The notes below the pieces were generated by a model. It searched no databases, was not told where the DNA came from, and saw only the letters and a program-made list of their open reading frames with translations. Of a DNA stretch of 64,000 nucleotides, positions 1-14,742 are shown piece after piece. The translations under genes were made by a program, and so were the position numbers. Position 1 is the stretch's first letter. Each line of letters starts with the position of its first letter. Origin of the DNA: Nemertoderma westbladi (Eukaryota > Animalia > Xenacoelomorpha); contig JAUCBJ010005202.1 of assembly GCA_032718475.1 (NCBI GenBank), forward strand, positions 1 to 64,000. The letters run 5' to 3'.

Positions 1-420
1 GAAATACATATTAAATTAAATTTTTTTAAAATAAATACATACAAATTTAAAAAAATAATAAAAAAATTCGTAAAAAAGATTAAAAAAAATAATACAATAA
101 AATTAAAAAAAATTCAAAAAAATAAATAATAAAAAATTTAATAAAAAAAAATTTAATAAAAAAATTAATAAAAAAATATAGAAATATAAAAAAAAAATAT
201 ATATATACTAAAAAAAAATAAAAAATATAAAAAAAATTTTAAAAATTCATAATAAAAAAAAATAAAAAAAATATAATAAAAAAAATATAAAAAAAATAAA
301 AAAATATAAAAAAAATAAAAATATATATGATAAAAAAAATTTATAAAAAAAAATTTATAAAAAAAAATTTATTGCAAAAAAAAAATTTTTGCAAAACAAG
401 TGTTGCAAAAAAAAATTCAC
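1..420. repeat. A/T-rich low-complexity tract
   Basis: Almost only A runs punctuated by T. Confidence 0.9.
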
Positions 421-442
421 ATGTAAAAAATATACTGCTTGT

Positions 443-1980
443 TACTACTACTAGGATCGGCATGCTGCATTGCAGCTGCATTTTTAAGAATGCCGTGCCG
501 GCTTGTCGACAAAATTGCGCCGCCACAACTCCTTATCACCCATGACATTTGCTAGATCATCCGAATCTTCAAGGCCAGTGTCCTTTAAAATGCGTCTCAA
601 AAAAGTAATGGGCTGTCCACCATGCTTATTCACTCCATGAGGCTGCCAAAGTACAAGATTATGCACTGGCTGGTCCTCATGGAGAAAGCAATGTCCTGGA
701 AAGCGGAGGCGATTTTGTTCTAGTGTCAAGCTTGGGGGAACCAATGAGACACCTCCAATGTTATATAGTGTCTGGTTGGAGATGTGTGCATTGTACTTGA
801 CACAATGTACCCGGCGTAGCATTCTTGTGAATGTGCCATCCAGAGATTTGGTGTCCTCAGCAGTTAGAGCCCAGCATGGACTCCCGTAGAGGAGTACTGG
901 AACTACTGCTGCTCTAAATAATCGGACCTTAAGTTTCCGATTAATTCTCGGTGACTTCCAAATCCTGGAAAGCCTATTCAAGGCTGCCCATGCCTTTCCC
1001 TTACATATTCGAAGCTCCTCACCTGACTTCCGGATCCATGATCCCAGGTAACAGAAGTCGTCCACATGCTCAAGCATACCATCCTTTGAGATTATGCTCA
1101 TCCGATCAGAGACTTGCTGAGGACTTTCAAAGTTAACTGTCAAAATTTTGGTCTTTCTGGAGTTAATAAAAAGACCAACACTAGAAGCAGCATGTTCTAA
1201 TGAGCTGAGGAGCCGTTGGGCTCCCTCTAGTGATTCTGAGAGTACTCCTAAGTCATCAGCAAAGTCTAGATCAGTTACGTATTTGGCAGGATTTCCTCGA
1301 CTTCTGGACCCAGTAGGTGGAGTTATCATCACCCCATCATCATTATGATGATCTAAGGACATGCGTAGATCATAGTCAACCACAATTATGATCAAGAATG
1401 GTGCAAGTGCGTCTCCCTGGAGGACGCCCCATAACACTTCAAATGGTTCTGTGTCACCGTCAACAGTAGACACAAATGTTGTCGAAACATCGTATACTGA
1501 TCTGATTGCTGCAATAATTTCATCACGAATCCCATATAATGAAAGTATGCTGAACATACGTGAGCGCAATTATGATCAACCACAATTATGATCAAGAATG
1601 GTGCAAGTGCGTCTCCCTGGAGGACGCCCCATAACACTTCAAATGGTTCTGTGTCACCGTCAACAGTAGACACAAATGTTGTCGAAACATCGTATACTGA
1701 TCTGATTGCTGCAATAATTTCATCACGAATCCCATATAATGAAAGTATGCTGAACATACGTGAGCGAGAGACTGAATCAAAGGCCTTGAAGAAGTCAACA
1801 AAGATAACAGCCAGATGCCTGTCTTTCTTTTTTGATAACTCTTCAATTATCCTTCTAAGTGCCAAAATGGGCTCCATGGTCCCACGACCTTTACGGAACC
1901 CATTCTGATTTCCACGGAGCAGTCTCTCAATGGGATCCCTGATGCGATTTAATGGAATTCTATTGTATAGCTTTGCAGCA
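443..1980 (-). mobile_element. RTE-clade non-LTR retrotransposon, family A, 5'-truncated, with internal 191-bp duplication
   Basis: ORFs 1392-1877 and 484-1569 carry RT motifs (FVDFFKAFDSV, GVLQGD-LAPFL, DLDFADD, FCYLGSWI) and an RTE-type C-terminus (RLRF-GH, LWQPHG). A (TAG)n tail lies at 443-453. Confidence 0.93.
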
Positions 1981-1994
1981 AGGCGCAGTGGCGG

Positions 1995-2124
1995 TTCGGC
2001 TAATGTCGCGTTACGGAAAGTCGCGTTACGGCTAATTTTCAGAGTAGCCGTAACGCGACTTTGAAAGTCGCGGTACGGCTACTCAAAAAGTCGCGTTACG
2101 GCTACTTGTCGCGTTACGGCTAAT
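1995..2124. repeat. Cluster of direct and inverted GTCGCGTTACGGCTA motifs, possible DNA-transposon subterminal repeats
   Basis: About six copies, one inverted (TAGCCGTAACGCGAC at about 2045), immediately after the RTE 5' break. Confidence 0.6.
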
Positions 2125-2716
2125 CTATTGTCATGGTTTTACATGTGAATCCTTATCAATTTATTCTATGGTGATTACGTACAGATGAGAAAGGTTCGAA
2201 AAATTTAATGTAATTATGTTTTACAACATGGGAGTATCCGGGGGGGGGGGGGGGGGGGGATTTTAACTAAAAAAACTAAATTTATTAATTATTGTATTAT
2301 TTTTGTTGTATTGAATAGGCCTACCACAGTACACAGTACCATATAGGTAAATTGGTCGAAAGTATAATCAGTATTTTGCCGAAACATTGCACAATATTTA
2401 TCATTATAATAAATAATCAAATCAAAAGTATCTAAAACTAAAGCTCTTGAATTAGCCAGTCATCGCCCGCGTATGGCATTTGGTTCGGTGGAGGGGTGGG
2501 TTGGGTTGGTATGGTTGGCCACGGAGGGGTGGTCGGGGTTGGGTTGGGAAGAAATAGTTCCGCCGCGAAGGGTGGTTCACTACACCAACATGCCAGTCGG
2601 GATCAACACCCCCTCCCAATGCCAAAATGCAGATGGACTTTCAACTGGGTGATCGGCGGCTGGAAGGACGGCCATTGCCTGCTTGTCAATCCCCAAACAG
2701 AAAGCCATATGGTCTA

Positions 2717-5700
2717 GGTGGGATAAATATTTCTCCATTTGACGCAAGACCGCCGCGGCCGCTATGAGGGAGGTGAATACCGCGGCCGCTCCTAAAGCCG
2801 CAGGCCATCGCTAACTATATAGGTTAACTTGGGATTCTGGGGGACTTTTCGATGAAGGAACTGACCAAATTTTTTTATTTTCTCACCAGGGGAGCGGCTC
2901 GGAATTCTAAGATATTAGCAACTCTAACATTATTAAATCTAACCCTTCGACGGACACGGCGGACAAAAATCCGTCATTTTTTCGACAATTTTAAAATTTT
3001 TTTGAAAGGCGCTCTACAGTGGCTCGAAAAAACCCTAGGTTATTGCTTAGCCGACGCCGGGATACGATAGAAGGGATTAATTAGTGAATTCGTTTTTTTT
3101 TTTCAAAAAAGATTACCACGCCTTTTTTCCGAAAATGTCCGTCAAAGTTGAAAAAACGGACAAAATGACTTTGCGGGATCCGCTATAACTCGGCTAATAT
3201 TAATCGTACGGGGACGAAAGTAACGCGGTTGGAAAGGGGAAGAGTGGTACTACCTTCGTATCGAATGGGGGTAAGATATTTATTAAAATTTCGGGTGGAA
3301 AAAGGGGCTGTAAATTTGTACGTTTTGTCCGTCTTTCTTGGAAAACTTATTTCCGAAATGTTTAATTCGACAACGCGGGTAGTAATCCACTAATTCTTTC
3401 ATGAAACTCGTAGAAGACCATTGGGGCTACGTTCCTATCGAATGGGGGTACAACAAATATGTCGGCAATAGGGGCCAAAAAGGGCCAGAATTTGTAAAGT
3501 AGTTTTTATCGAATAATTTTTTATTTTTCACTTTAGTTGGTTAAGGTACATTCTATACAGTCAATATCCATACGGGGAATTCAAATATGCTATCGGTTTT
3601 GCTCCAAGGATGATATTAAAAAAATGAGGGCCAAAATTATAATTTCGCGCTTCAAACTTGCTTCGCGGGAAATCGTCTAGCTCGAAAACTACTTAACTTA
3701 CGGGAGATTTGTTTACACAGACTTATAGTGCGTTAAATTATCTATCTAACAGCGTTAATCACAGCGCCGGAGGTATTATAAAACTGGAGCGGCAGGCGAT
3801 CGTGTGAAATATAATATTTATAAAAAGGGACGAAAAATTTTTTTTTTTAACAAATCGCTATTCCATTATAATTTAGCGTATTGCGCCAAAAGTACCTGTA
3901 AAAAGTATCAAATTAACTCCGCTATCTTTTATCTTAACATATATAATTAAAATTACGAATTTTAAGGGTCGAAAAATATCGCGTTATTTTGGCCCTTTTT
4001 TTTAATTTTATTGGGGCCAAAAATAACCCCTTCTCAAAAGATTAAGAAAAAAATTACGGCAAAGAATATACCAATTTTATTGAATTTGGACCACCAGAAC
4101 CGGAGTTAGAGCGATTTTAGTGAAAAAATAAAAATAATTTTTTTTGCAAAAAAATTAAGAATGGTCAGGTCATTATTGGATTTCGAACCCGCAAACTTAG
4201 GTTTCATTAACGTGATTGATAACCACTAGACTATGTGACCAAGAGAATTTGAAATTTTCGAGTGACTATTTTTAAACATAAATAACTTCGGTTCTGCAGG
4301 GCTGTTTAATCTGAAACTTTTTTCATTGGATAGAGGATAGATTGTAGTGTGTGAAATAGGATACAACTTGGGAAAAGACGCATGTGCACTTAGTGCAAAA
4401 TGCACTTAAATAGTGAACATTTTTTCGATATTTCAAACACTGTTATTTCCAGTTCCATTCATCGTAGAATGTTATTTTTTGGATTAAAATGTAGTTTGGA
4501 ATGATTTCTAACTATAATCGTAACATTTGTTTAACTTTTTATGTCTATAAAGTGACTTAAAAATGTCCATGAATATGGTCCAAAATCGCAAATCCAGATT
4601 TATTAAATTGGATTTTTGACACTTTTAGCGACTGACACTTGATCATACACCATCGTAGATCGGTAGAGGATAAACATAAGTTTGTTAAATAAGAGCCACC
4701 ATTACGATCTTCTAAAGTGCATTTGTACAAATAAGTGTGCAAAAGTGCAAATTTTTTAATAAGGTCAAATTATATAGTGGTTTTTCTTGGGTTCTTTTCT
4801 TTGCAGATACTTTATTTTCATATTAATATGTTGTTTGAACCTTACTGAGCGCATTAGGGGATATGCGTACAAATAACCGGCCCTTATGAGGCTTCGATTG
4901 GGTAAATTAATAAAACATAAGGTTGTATAGTATAATATTCTAAAAACCAGTGTGATATTAAATGCACTTTAAATAATAAATAGAAATCAAATAACAATTG
5001 GACCACACAATTAAAAACTCGCACAATTTTGTACTTATTATATCGCTTCAAATTAATTCAACAGTGGATATTTGTGGGAAGGGGGAAGTTACAGTGTGCA
5101 TTCGGGGGAAGTTTGGTGAACTGCATTTATGCAGTGAATCCAAACTTCCCCCTTGGATATATCATATACTTAAGACATGCTAGGGCGACGGGGAAATATT
5201 TGTTACTGTCACACTTTGCTTCCATTTATCCTATCCTTTATTATTACCCCAGTCAGATAAGAGATAATAAATCAGTAAAAACTAAACTAAACTGTCTTTC
5301 ATGCAAACAAATTTCTAACTAAAGACGGGTGAATGACCATGACCATGGAAATAATTTTAAATATAATTGTATATCAACTATTTGGGGAGGCTTCCAAGTT
5401 AAACCCGAAAACAATTATTTTGTTACATATATAGTAAATAACGTTGTATGTTCTTCTTCCTCTCATAATAAAATATAAATGAAATATCTCAGATCGCTAT
5501 GCCCTGTAACATTTCACAACCAAAATATTTAAGTGTGAAAAGTGTAGGCCTACCACACTCCGCCCAAACAACCGCAAACGCATAGCCAACAAATTTAACA
5601 AAAGGTTACATACATGTTGGGTTCATGATGAGATGAGTGAAAATTGATCGCGTATTATAAAGTAAAAAATTAAGAGACGGGTTGGCTCTCCTCCACTTTC

Positions 5701-8700
5701 TTACCCAATGGATATGTTGTTGTAATAATCTAATATTGGGGCGGCTTTCTCTCGGTGGGATAAATATTTCTCCATTTGACGCAACACCGCCGCGGCCGCT
5801 ATGAGGGAGGTGAATACCGCGGCCGCTCCTAAAGCCGCAGGCCATCGCTAACTATATAGGTTAACTTGGGATTCTGGGGGACTTTTCGATGAAGGAACTG
5901 ACCAAATTTTTTTATTTTCTCACCAGGGGAGCGGCTCGGAATTCTAAGATATTAGCAACTCTAACATTATTAAATCTAACCCTTCGACGGACACGGCGGA
6001 CAAAAAACCGTCATTTTTTCGACAATTTTAAAATTTTTTTGAAAGGCGCTCTACAGTGGCTCGAAAAAACCCTAGGTTATTGCTTAGCCGACGCCGGGAT
6101 ACGTTAGAAGGGATTAATTAGTGAATTCGTTTTTTTTTTCAAAAAAGATTACCACGCCTTTTTTCCGAAAATGTCCGTCAAAGTTGAAAAAACGGACAAA
6201 ATGACTTTGCGGGATCCGCTATAACTCAGCTAATATTAATCGTACGGGGACGAAAGTAACGCGGTTGGAAAGGGGAAGAGTGGTACTACCTTCGTATCGA
6301 ATGGGGGTAAGATATTTATTAAAATTTCGGGTGGAAAAAGGGGCTGTAAATTTGTACGTTTTTGTCCGTCTTTTTTGGAAAACTTATTTCCGAAATGTTT
6401 AATTCGACAACGCGTGTAGGAATCCACTAATTCTTTTATGAAACTCGTAGAAGACCATTGGGGCTACGTTCCTATCGAATGGGGGTACAAAAAATATGTC
6501 GGCAATAGGGGCCAAAAAGGGCCAGAATTTGTAAAGTAGTTTTTATCGAATAATTTTTTATTTTTAACTTTAGTTGGTTAAGGTACATTCTATACAGTCA
6601 ATATCCATACGGGGAATTCAAATATGCTATCGGTTTTGCTCCAAGGATGATATTAAAAAAATGAGGGCCAAAATTATAATTTCGCGCTTCAAACTTGCTT
6701 CGCGGGAAATCGTCTAGCTCGAAAACTACTTAACTTACGGGAGATTTGTTTACACAGACTTATAGTGCGTTAAATTATCTATCTAACAGCGTTAATCACA
6801 GCGCCGGAGGTATTATAAAACTGGAGCGGCAGGCGATCGTGTGAAATATAATATTTATAAAAAGGGACGAAAAATTTTTTTTTTTAACAAATCGCTATTC
6901 CATTATAATTTAGCGTATTGCGCCAAAAGAACCTGTAAAAAGTATCAAATTAACTCCGCTATCTTTTATCTTAACATATATAATTAAAATTACTAATTTT
7001 AAGGGTCGAAAATATCGCGTTATTTTGGCCCTTTTTTTTAATTTTTTTGGGGCCAAAAATAACCCCTTCTCAAAAGATTAAGAAAAAAATTACGGCAAAG
7101 AATATACCAATTTTATTGAATTTGGACCACCAGAACCGAAGTTAGAGCGATTTTAGTGAAAAAATAAAAATAATTTTTTTTTGCAAAAAAATTAAGAATG
7201 GTCAGGTCAATATTGGATTTCGAACCCGCGAACTTAGGTTTCATTAACGTGATTGATAACCACTAGACTATGTGACCAAGAGAATTTGAAATTTTCGAGT
7301 GACTATTTTTAAACATCAATAACTTCGGTTCTATTGGGCCGTTTGATCTGAAACTTTTTTCATTGGATAGAGGATAGATTGTAGTGTGTGAAATAGGATA
7401 AAACTTGGGAAAAGACTTATGTGCACTTAGTGCAAAATGCACTTAAATAGTGCACATTTTTTCGATATTTCAAACACTATTATTTCCAGTTCTATTCATC
7501 GTAGAATGTTATTTTTTGGATTAAAATGTAGTTTGGAATGATTTCTAACTATAATCGTAACATTTGTTTAACTTTTTATGTCTATAAAGTGACTTAAAAT
7601 GTCCATGAATATGGTCCAAAATCGCAAATCCAGATTTATTAAATTGGATTTTTGACACTTTTAGCGACTGACACTTGATCATACACCATCGTAGATCGGT
7701 AGAGGATAAACATAAGTTTGTTAAATAAGAGCCACCATTACGATCTGCTAAAGTGCATTTGTACAAATAAGTGTGCAAAAGTGCAAATTTTTTAATAAGG
7801 TCAAATTATATAGTATTGGGTTATTTTCTTTGCAGATACTTTATTTTCATATTTAATATGTTGTTTGGACCTTACTGAGCGCATTAGGGGATATGCGTAC
7901 AAATAACCGGCCCTTATGAGGCTTCGATTGGGTAAATTAATAAAACATAAGGTTGTATAGTATAATATTCTAAAAACCAGTGTGATATTAAATGCACTTT
8001 AAATAATAAATAGAAATCAAATAACAATTGGACCACACAATTAAAAACTCGCACAATTTTGTACTTATTATATCGCTTCAAATTAATTCAACAGTGGATA
8101 TTTGGGGGAAGGGGGAAGTTACAAGTGTGCATTCGGGGGAAGTTTGGTGAACTGCATTTATGCAGTGAATCCAAACTTCCCCCTTTGATATATCATATAC
8201 TTTTAAGCCACGCTAGGTTGTCAGGGAAATAATTGTTACTGTCACACTTTGCTTCCATTTATCCTATCCTTTATTATTACCCCAGTCAGATAAGAGATAA
8301 TAATCAGTAAAAACTAAACTAAACTGTCTTTCATGCAAACAAATTTCTAACTAAAGACGGGTGAATGACCATGACCATGGAAATAATTTTAAATATAATT
8401 GTATATCAACTATTTGGGGAGGCTTCCAAGTTAAACCCGAAAACAATTATTTTGTTACATAGTAAATAACGTTGTATGTTCTTCTTCCTCTCATAATAAA
8501 ATATAAATGAAATATCTCAGATCGCTATGCCCTGTAACATTTCTCAACCAAAATATTTAAATGTGAAAAGTGTAGGCCTACCACACACCGCCCAAACAAC
8601 CGCAAACGCATAGCCAACAAATTTAACAAAAGGTTACATACATGTTGGGTTCATGACGAGATGAGTGAAAATTGATCGCGTAATATAAAGTAAAAAATTA

Positions 8701-8781
8701 AGAGACGGGCTGGCTCTCCTCCACTTTCTTACCCAATGGATATGTTGTTGTAATAATCTAATATTGGGGCGGCTTTCTCTC
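2717..8781. repeat. Tandem duplication of a ~3037-bp non-coding unit (2717-5753 and 5754-8781)
   Basis: Near-identical copies. Both start GGTGGGATAAATATTTCTCC, and matching ORFs at 2852 and 5889 are offset by 3037 bp. Confidence 0.95.
4177..4240 (-). other. tRNA-derived (pol III A/B box) remnant, duplicated at about 7214-7278
   Basis: The minus strand reads TAGTCTAGTGG (A box) ... GGTTCGAAATCC (B box). No intact cloverleaf. Confidence 0.45.
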
Positions 8782-9981
8782 GTTATGAAACAAGACTTCA
8801 AGATGGGCTTACAATAGCCTTTCTAATTCATTATTAAGAAATTGTATATCGGGTTTAATCTACAATGTAGAAAAAAAATTACAAATACTTGTAACATTTT
8901 CCAGTTGAGGGAATTACTAATTAATGCGGAGTCCATCTAGGTCGAGCGAGCTCGTACCTCGTTGTAAGGGTTACACAGGTTTAATCGTGTAATGGTATAA
9001 TAATTTAAGATAATAGTTTATAATAATATATGGTGAGGGGTAATAGCTGTACATAGGCAGCCGGTCATAAGGATATATAATTGTGATAGGCAAGAAGGAA
9101 CGTGGTTCATTATACTATTTTTGGATTAATTTATTATTAAATTATATTGAATAAAATATACTTGATTTATTTGTGATTCATAACTGTTATATTGTCACTG
9201 CGAGTATGCCGAATTTACTAATTTTAACAGTAGAAAGTCAGTCTGTTGATGCATTAATGGGTATTTCGTCGGAAAAGATATTGATGATGATATAAAAGAA
9301 ATTAGAAATGTTACCAGTATTTATTTGTGAAGATATTTTGATACCTTTGGAAGGAAATTTATCAGACGGCCGTGTTTCATGTGTCTTTAAATTTATTGAA
9401 ACAGAATAGAACTGACAAAAGAAACCATCTAATCCAGGTGATGAATTTGCCAACTATGTTACTGAGTACCCATCCCACGTTCAAGTATCATTAAGAAGGC
9501 TGCAGTTCCTTGGACACTATATGTCGTTAGGAAAAGATGCCATAATGCAATGATTGAATGATGGGCTGTCCCATGGCATAAAAACAACCATTTTAGCTTG
9601 GTGGTATGAACATCAAGGTTCAACTGCACAAGCTGTGGCCGATTTCATTCAAGCTCTTCCAGATCCTGCTCATGTGAAAACCTTCAGTGGTCAAGTGAAC
9701 TCTGTTTCCGCTAAGGGTCTGAGTGATTCAAGTAGGCGTTGGTGCAGTCTTATGCCAACCCAAAGATATTGAATCCCACTGCTGAATGTTTTATTCCTTC
9801 TTCTTGCTTTACCGTTTAAACTGCTATATTAGATCCTGATTGGAAGAGACAACAGTCACAGGACCCAGAACTTCATAAGCTCATCAATTCAACTGCATTG
9901 CCAAGTAATTATTCTATCGGTAATGGAATATTGATGTACTTTGGCCGAGTACTTCCTAATGACAAAATTTCTAATATATTA

Positions 9982-10620
9982 TTATCATCATCATCATCAT
10001 CATTATTTCACAATTGCCTAATGCCATAACGATTAATCGCTTACTTTCCTTGTTAATTCCTCTCTCACTATGTATGGGCAATGGCTTGTGGTTAGGCAGC
10101 CGATGTCTATAGTAGGTTGTTATTTTCACCATACCAATAAATATACAATTTGGTTCCTTTGGCAAGTCTTCCGATTGTACGTTGACCTTTGGAATTTGGC
10201 TTACAATCGGGGTGCTAATAGATTTCCCATTTGGGTTAATAACTGTCTTGAGGTGACATATTCGTTTTCTGGGTGATGAAGTGCCTAAGGGATCGCACCC
10301 GTAACAGTATCCCTTTCAAGTTCGTTTATATATGTTATAGTGGGTCGTCCATGGCTACGCTTTCCTTGTGTTGGTTGCCAGAAAAGTCGATCTGGAATGT
10401 TCTCGTCTTTATTTCTCCAGCAGTGCTCACTGAATATTAATCTGCTTTCACAGAGGGTGGTTGATACAGGTGGTATTGTACCAGTACCATAAGGCTCAGC
10501 ATTTGTCATGTGTTATCTCCTGATGTTTAGGGCTGCCCTTAGTAGTCTTGTGAAGTTTTTTTTCTGCGACTGTTCATTCATTAACCATGCATTAAGTATC
10601 CTTGAGTCAGGAGACTCTTT
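9982..10620 (-). mobile_element. 3' end of a degenerate RTE (not family A) with (TGA)n tail
   Basis: ORF 10285-10509 has RTE C-terminal motifs (RLIFSEHCWR, LFWQPTQGKRSHGRP-TYI). (TCA)n lies at about 9984-10003 on +. Confidence 0.75.
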
Positions 10621-11357
10621 AGTTCAGTTGTATTATTTTGTGACACGTAATCGACTTTTGTTTATTTACAGTATTTATTTATATAATATATATTATTTAC
10701 CATACAACATATGTAATATTATTATCTACCTACATTATTTGGTTTTGATTGAGTTTGAATGAAACACATAGGCTTACTTATAGCCACATATACCCCTCTC
10801 ATAAAAATACATAAATAAGTGTGAATGAATTTTATATTTCAATGAAGACTGTTAGTGATCGCATATTGGCATTGATTATTGTTGAGGTCCGTCGCTTGGA
10901 TCAGAGCATTGCTGATGGGAATGCTTATGACGTTGTTCAGTGAGTCTGCAGTCTGGACACCTTTGGTGCTGTATAGAATGTTGAGGACAACGATATTGAT
11001 TGTCGGAGTAAATGGGAATTCCTGGGTTGATTATAATAGAAGTACAACTTGGGTGTGCCTGTTGTATTGGTGTTGCAGGGTAGCACTCCATGCTGCCTGT
11101 AAGATTAAAAATAATTAAAGTAGATTTCAATCAAGGATCTTTATGGCCTTGCTACCCTTGATAACTGAGTTATTCAAGATCCATGAATGCTTGGACTTAA
11201 TACATCCCATTGCCCAAGACATATGTACTGTGCAAAAATCGCACCACATACAAAGGGGTCTGCATACATACATCTTTCACACCACAAGGATGCATCCAGT
11301 CTCTCAATGCAACACATCCACAGTTCATTTATACATTGCAATTGTACATTACAATGC

Positions 11358-12260
11358 ACATTGTGCATTGTATTTGACACAGTGAACCCAGCGTAGCATT
11401 CTTGTGAATGTGCCATCCAGAGATTTGGTGTCCTCAGCAGTTAGAGCCCAGCATGGCCCCCCATAGAGGAGTACTGGAACTACTGCTGCTCTTAATAATC
11501 GGGCCTTAAGTTTCTGATGAATTCTATGTGACTTCCAAATCCTGGAAAACCTATTCAAGGCTGCCCATGCCTTTCCCTTATGTATTCGAAGGTCCTCATC
11601 TGACTTCCGGATCCATGATCCCAGGTAACAGAAGTCATCCACATGCTCTAGCATGTCAGTTTATGCTCATCTTACTGAGGACTTTCAAAGTTAACTGTCA
11701 AAATTTTGGTATTTTTGGAGTTAAAAAGACCAACACTAGAAGCAGCCTGTTATAATGAGCTGAGGAGCCGTTGGGTTCCTCTAGTGATTCTGAGAGTACT
11801 CCTAAGTCATCAGCAAAGTCTAGATCAGTTAGGTACTTGCAGGATTTCCTCAACATCTGGAGCCAGTAGCCAGTAGTTGGAGTTAACATCACCCCATTAT
11901 CATTATGCATGATGATCTAAGGACATGCATAGATCATAGTCAACAACAATTATGAACAAGAATGGTGCAAGTGTGTCTCCCTGGCGGACTCCACATAACA
12001 CTTCAAATTGTTCTGTTTCACCGTCAACAGTAGACACAAAAATATCTCAACAAACAGTGATTCCAAAGGTCTTATACATGTTTAGGAAGATCGAAGGCCT
12101 TGAAGAAATCTAAAAGATGATGACTTGATGTCTTGATGTCTTTCTTTCCTTGTAGACATTCCTTCAATGATCAGCTGAAGTGGCAGAATGGGCAAAATGG
12201 TACACTTACCTTTATGAATCATATTTGGGTTGCCATGCAGATTGGCTAATCCTTTATATT
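11358..12260 (-). mobile_element. Degenerate RTE family A fragment
   Basis: Clear nucleotide match to the other family A copies. ORFs 11349-11654 and 11698-11910 carry FCYLGSWI and DLDFADD. Confidence 0.88.
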
Positions 12261-14742
12261 TGATCCGATATATGGTTCAATATATAGAAGTAGACCACAT
12301 ACGGTTGGATATGGACCAACTCGCTGGGTGGATGGCTTATGCATGACCCCGCACCTGGTTGGAGAAGAAGTTTCTGAAAGTGAACCTATTCAATCAGCCA
12401 GGCGATCAGCTGGATATCACGCAGTTACCTTGGCATTAGCAGTTGATTGGCTCTTCCTTCTGGTGAGAATATTAATTGCTTGCCATGCCTCAGCAGATTT
12501 CCTAAATAAGTGGAATTGGTGGCAGAAATCTGCTCACTGAGGGGCTAACTCAGTCTGTTTGTCAGAGTAATGTCGATTTAGTCATGCCAATATAGCCATG
12601 ACTGCAACTTTAGCAGCATTTGATTTGCTCAATATATACGCCCTTTGAGTTTCCACTAGTCTGTGTAGTCTGTCTCCTGTGGTTCGGAATGCGCTGGTCT
12701 GCACATGGGATCTTTTACCTCTTTGAAAATAAAGGAACAATGTCATTGACTGGATCTTTCACATCGTTAACAAATTCGAAACTATGTGTTGCGTACGGTA
12801 GGTGTACCCATAACAGTGATCCATTTCATCACTGATCAGTGCATTATATCCCGTCAGAGTTCATCAAGGGAGTTAAGTCATCCGAGCAGAGGACTCTTGC
12901 ACGGTCTTGTTGGAACTGAGACTGAGTGAGTTTATCTTTCTTGTTAAAGAAATGAAGATTAACAAGCTAGTTGCTTTCCCTAAGAAAGGAAACCTAAGGC
13001 TGTATGGGTCATATCGTGGAATATAAAGTTATTCAACAGAATATTATAAGTGATCCTTTTAAGAAAACATGTGAAAAAAGGCAAAAGCATAACAAAAATA
13101 ATAAAAAGTGTATACAAACATACTGTTAATGACAGTAGAGTAAGGAAGGTGTCGTCTGTGTATTTGACTAGCTGTAGTTTACTCTGGTTAACTATGGACC
13201 TAAAAGTATATAATTACTATTAAAGGTCAAAGAAGTGCACACCTAGAAGAATTTGGAGGCTCTTTTGAGTTCTACTCGTTTATATCTATTTAGTTTCTTA
13301 TTAATTAACAAAGCATTGTTGGTGGATTTGTGTAATCTCAGTTGAAAGGTTTTATTACGAATATTTATCAGCACCGTGCAGCACAATGTATGAGCCTTGC
13401 TAGCCACTTCTATTGATCAGTCTATGCTTGAAATTCTTCTATGGCACCAGGTTGCTGATAGGAAACGTGTTAGTCAGACTGAAACGCTGGCTAATGGCTG
13501 ATTGCGAACTCTGAAAGTGTTCCATTACGGAGGCAGTCTCCAATGTCTCCTAGTGATTTGCCCAATATATGTATGTTGGTATCTAATTAACCTCGCTATG
13601 CTCGGGAAATAAAGTATCTCGAGCATATCTCGGGTACTTTATTTCTCATGCGGTGATAGCTCAAGCAGAAATGTAAAGGTAAATCTAAGGTTGAGAGTAG
13701 GCTGGAACGAAAAAAACATTCAAATAATCTGCATCTAAGTTCAGAAGTTTTTACACATTTGAAATCCTAGTAAGACCACATGTGCTCATTGGATTCGAAA
13801 ACTACATATAGTTGCTGAGGTGATAGTAATACAGTACTGTCATGCTTGTCATGTTTTATTTACTAAATTTTAGAGGGAGAGGGGGGCACACACTCTTCCT
13901 GGTGTTGTGTGGAATATCGGACACACCAACCAATAGGATGGATTGCCACCCGACGCCCCAGCAACGAGTAACCTCTACAGAACGCGATCAACCCAGTAAA
14001 TCCTCACATATTATTCTGCCATGAATTGTGTCGAGGCTAGAAAGGTTTCAGGCCGACATCACCCATTAAATATTATAGATAATGAGTATTATGGAACCAT
14101 TAGCATTGACTTCAGCAGAGAAAAAGGGAATTAAATTCATAGCTAATGCGTTATAAGGTCTTTGAGTGACTGACCACAGATTACAAACATCTGTTCGGAA
14201 ATGATAGTGATGACACAAGTACTATGACCTAAGTGCCTTCGCAGCCCTCGAATTGATGTACAGTATAGTTCTAGAGATTTTTGAAATCTGTGAATATAAA
14301 AACTGTTAACTGGATGCATATGTTATGAACTTCAGTAGATGGTGTTCGTTGTTGCTAGCTGTGTGCAGAAAGTGCTTCAGATGTTACCTTTTTCATCAGT
14401 ATTGCGCAACTTTTGCTGATTGAACAGCTGGCATTAGACATTAGTGGTACCTCACCATGTATTTTTGTTTAGTTATCAGTCAAGTGTGGGTTTTCCTCGT
14501 GGTTAATTTTCTATATAATGGTATACAGCATGAAGGGTTTCAAAATATCACAAATCAAAATTATTATACTGTACCTTTTTCATAAAAAAACATATCGGAA
14601 TTATTTTGTAAGTAAGCCTCGGTTATCTCCCACACTATTACTACTACCACTACAGAAAGGCCCAACTCTATAACAAAATACATTATGATTATTATCAATT
14701 TATTATATACACATCAAAAATAAAATTAACTAATTAGCGTTT

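Noticed and set aside
951-1908. Recurring short ORFs such as MTSKSWKAYSR and MNKNGASVSPW
   Set aside because: Antisense shadows of the RTE RT frame; they recur only because the element does.
8963-9229. Possible solo LTR (TGT...ACA with TATATAA and AATAAA)
   Set aside because: No matching target-site duplication and no second copy in the window.
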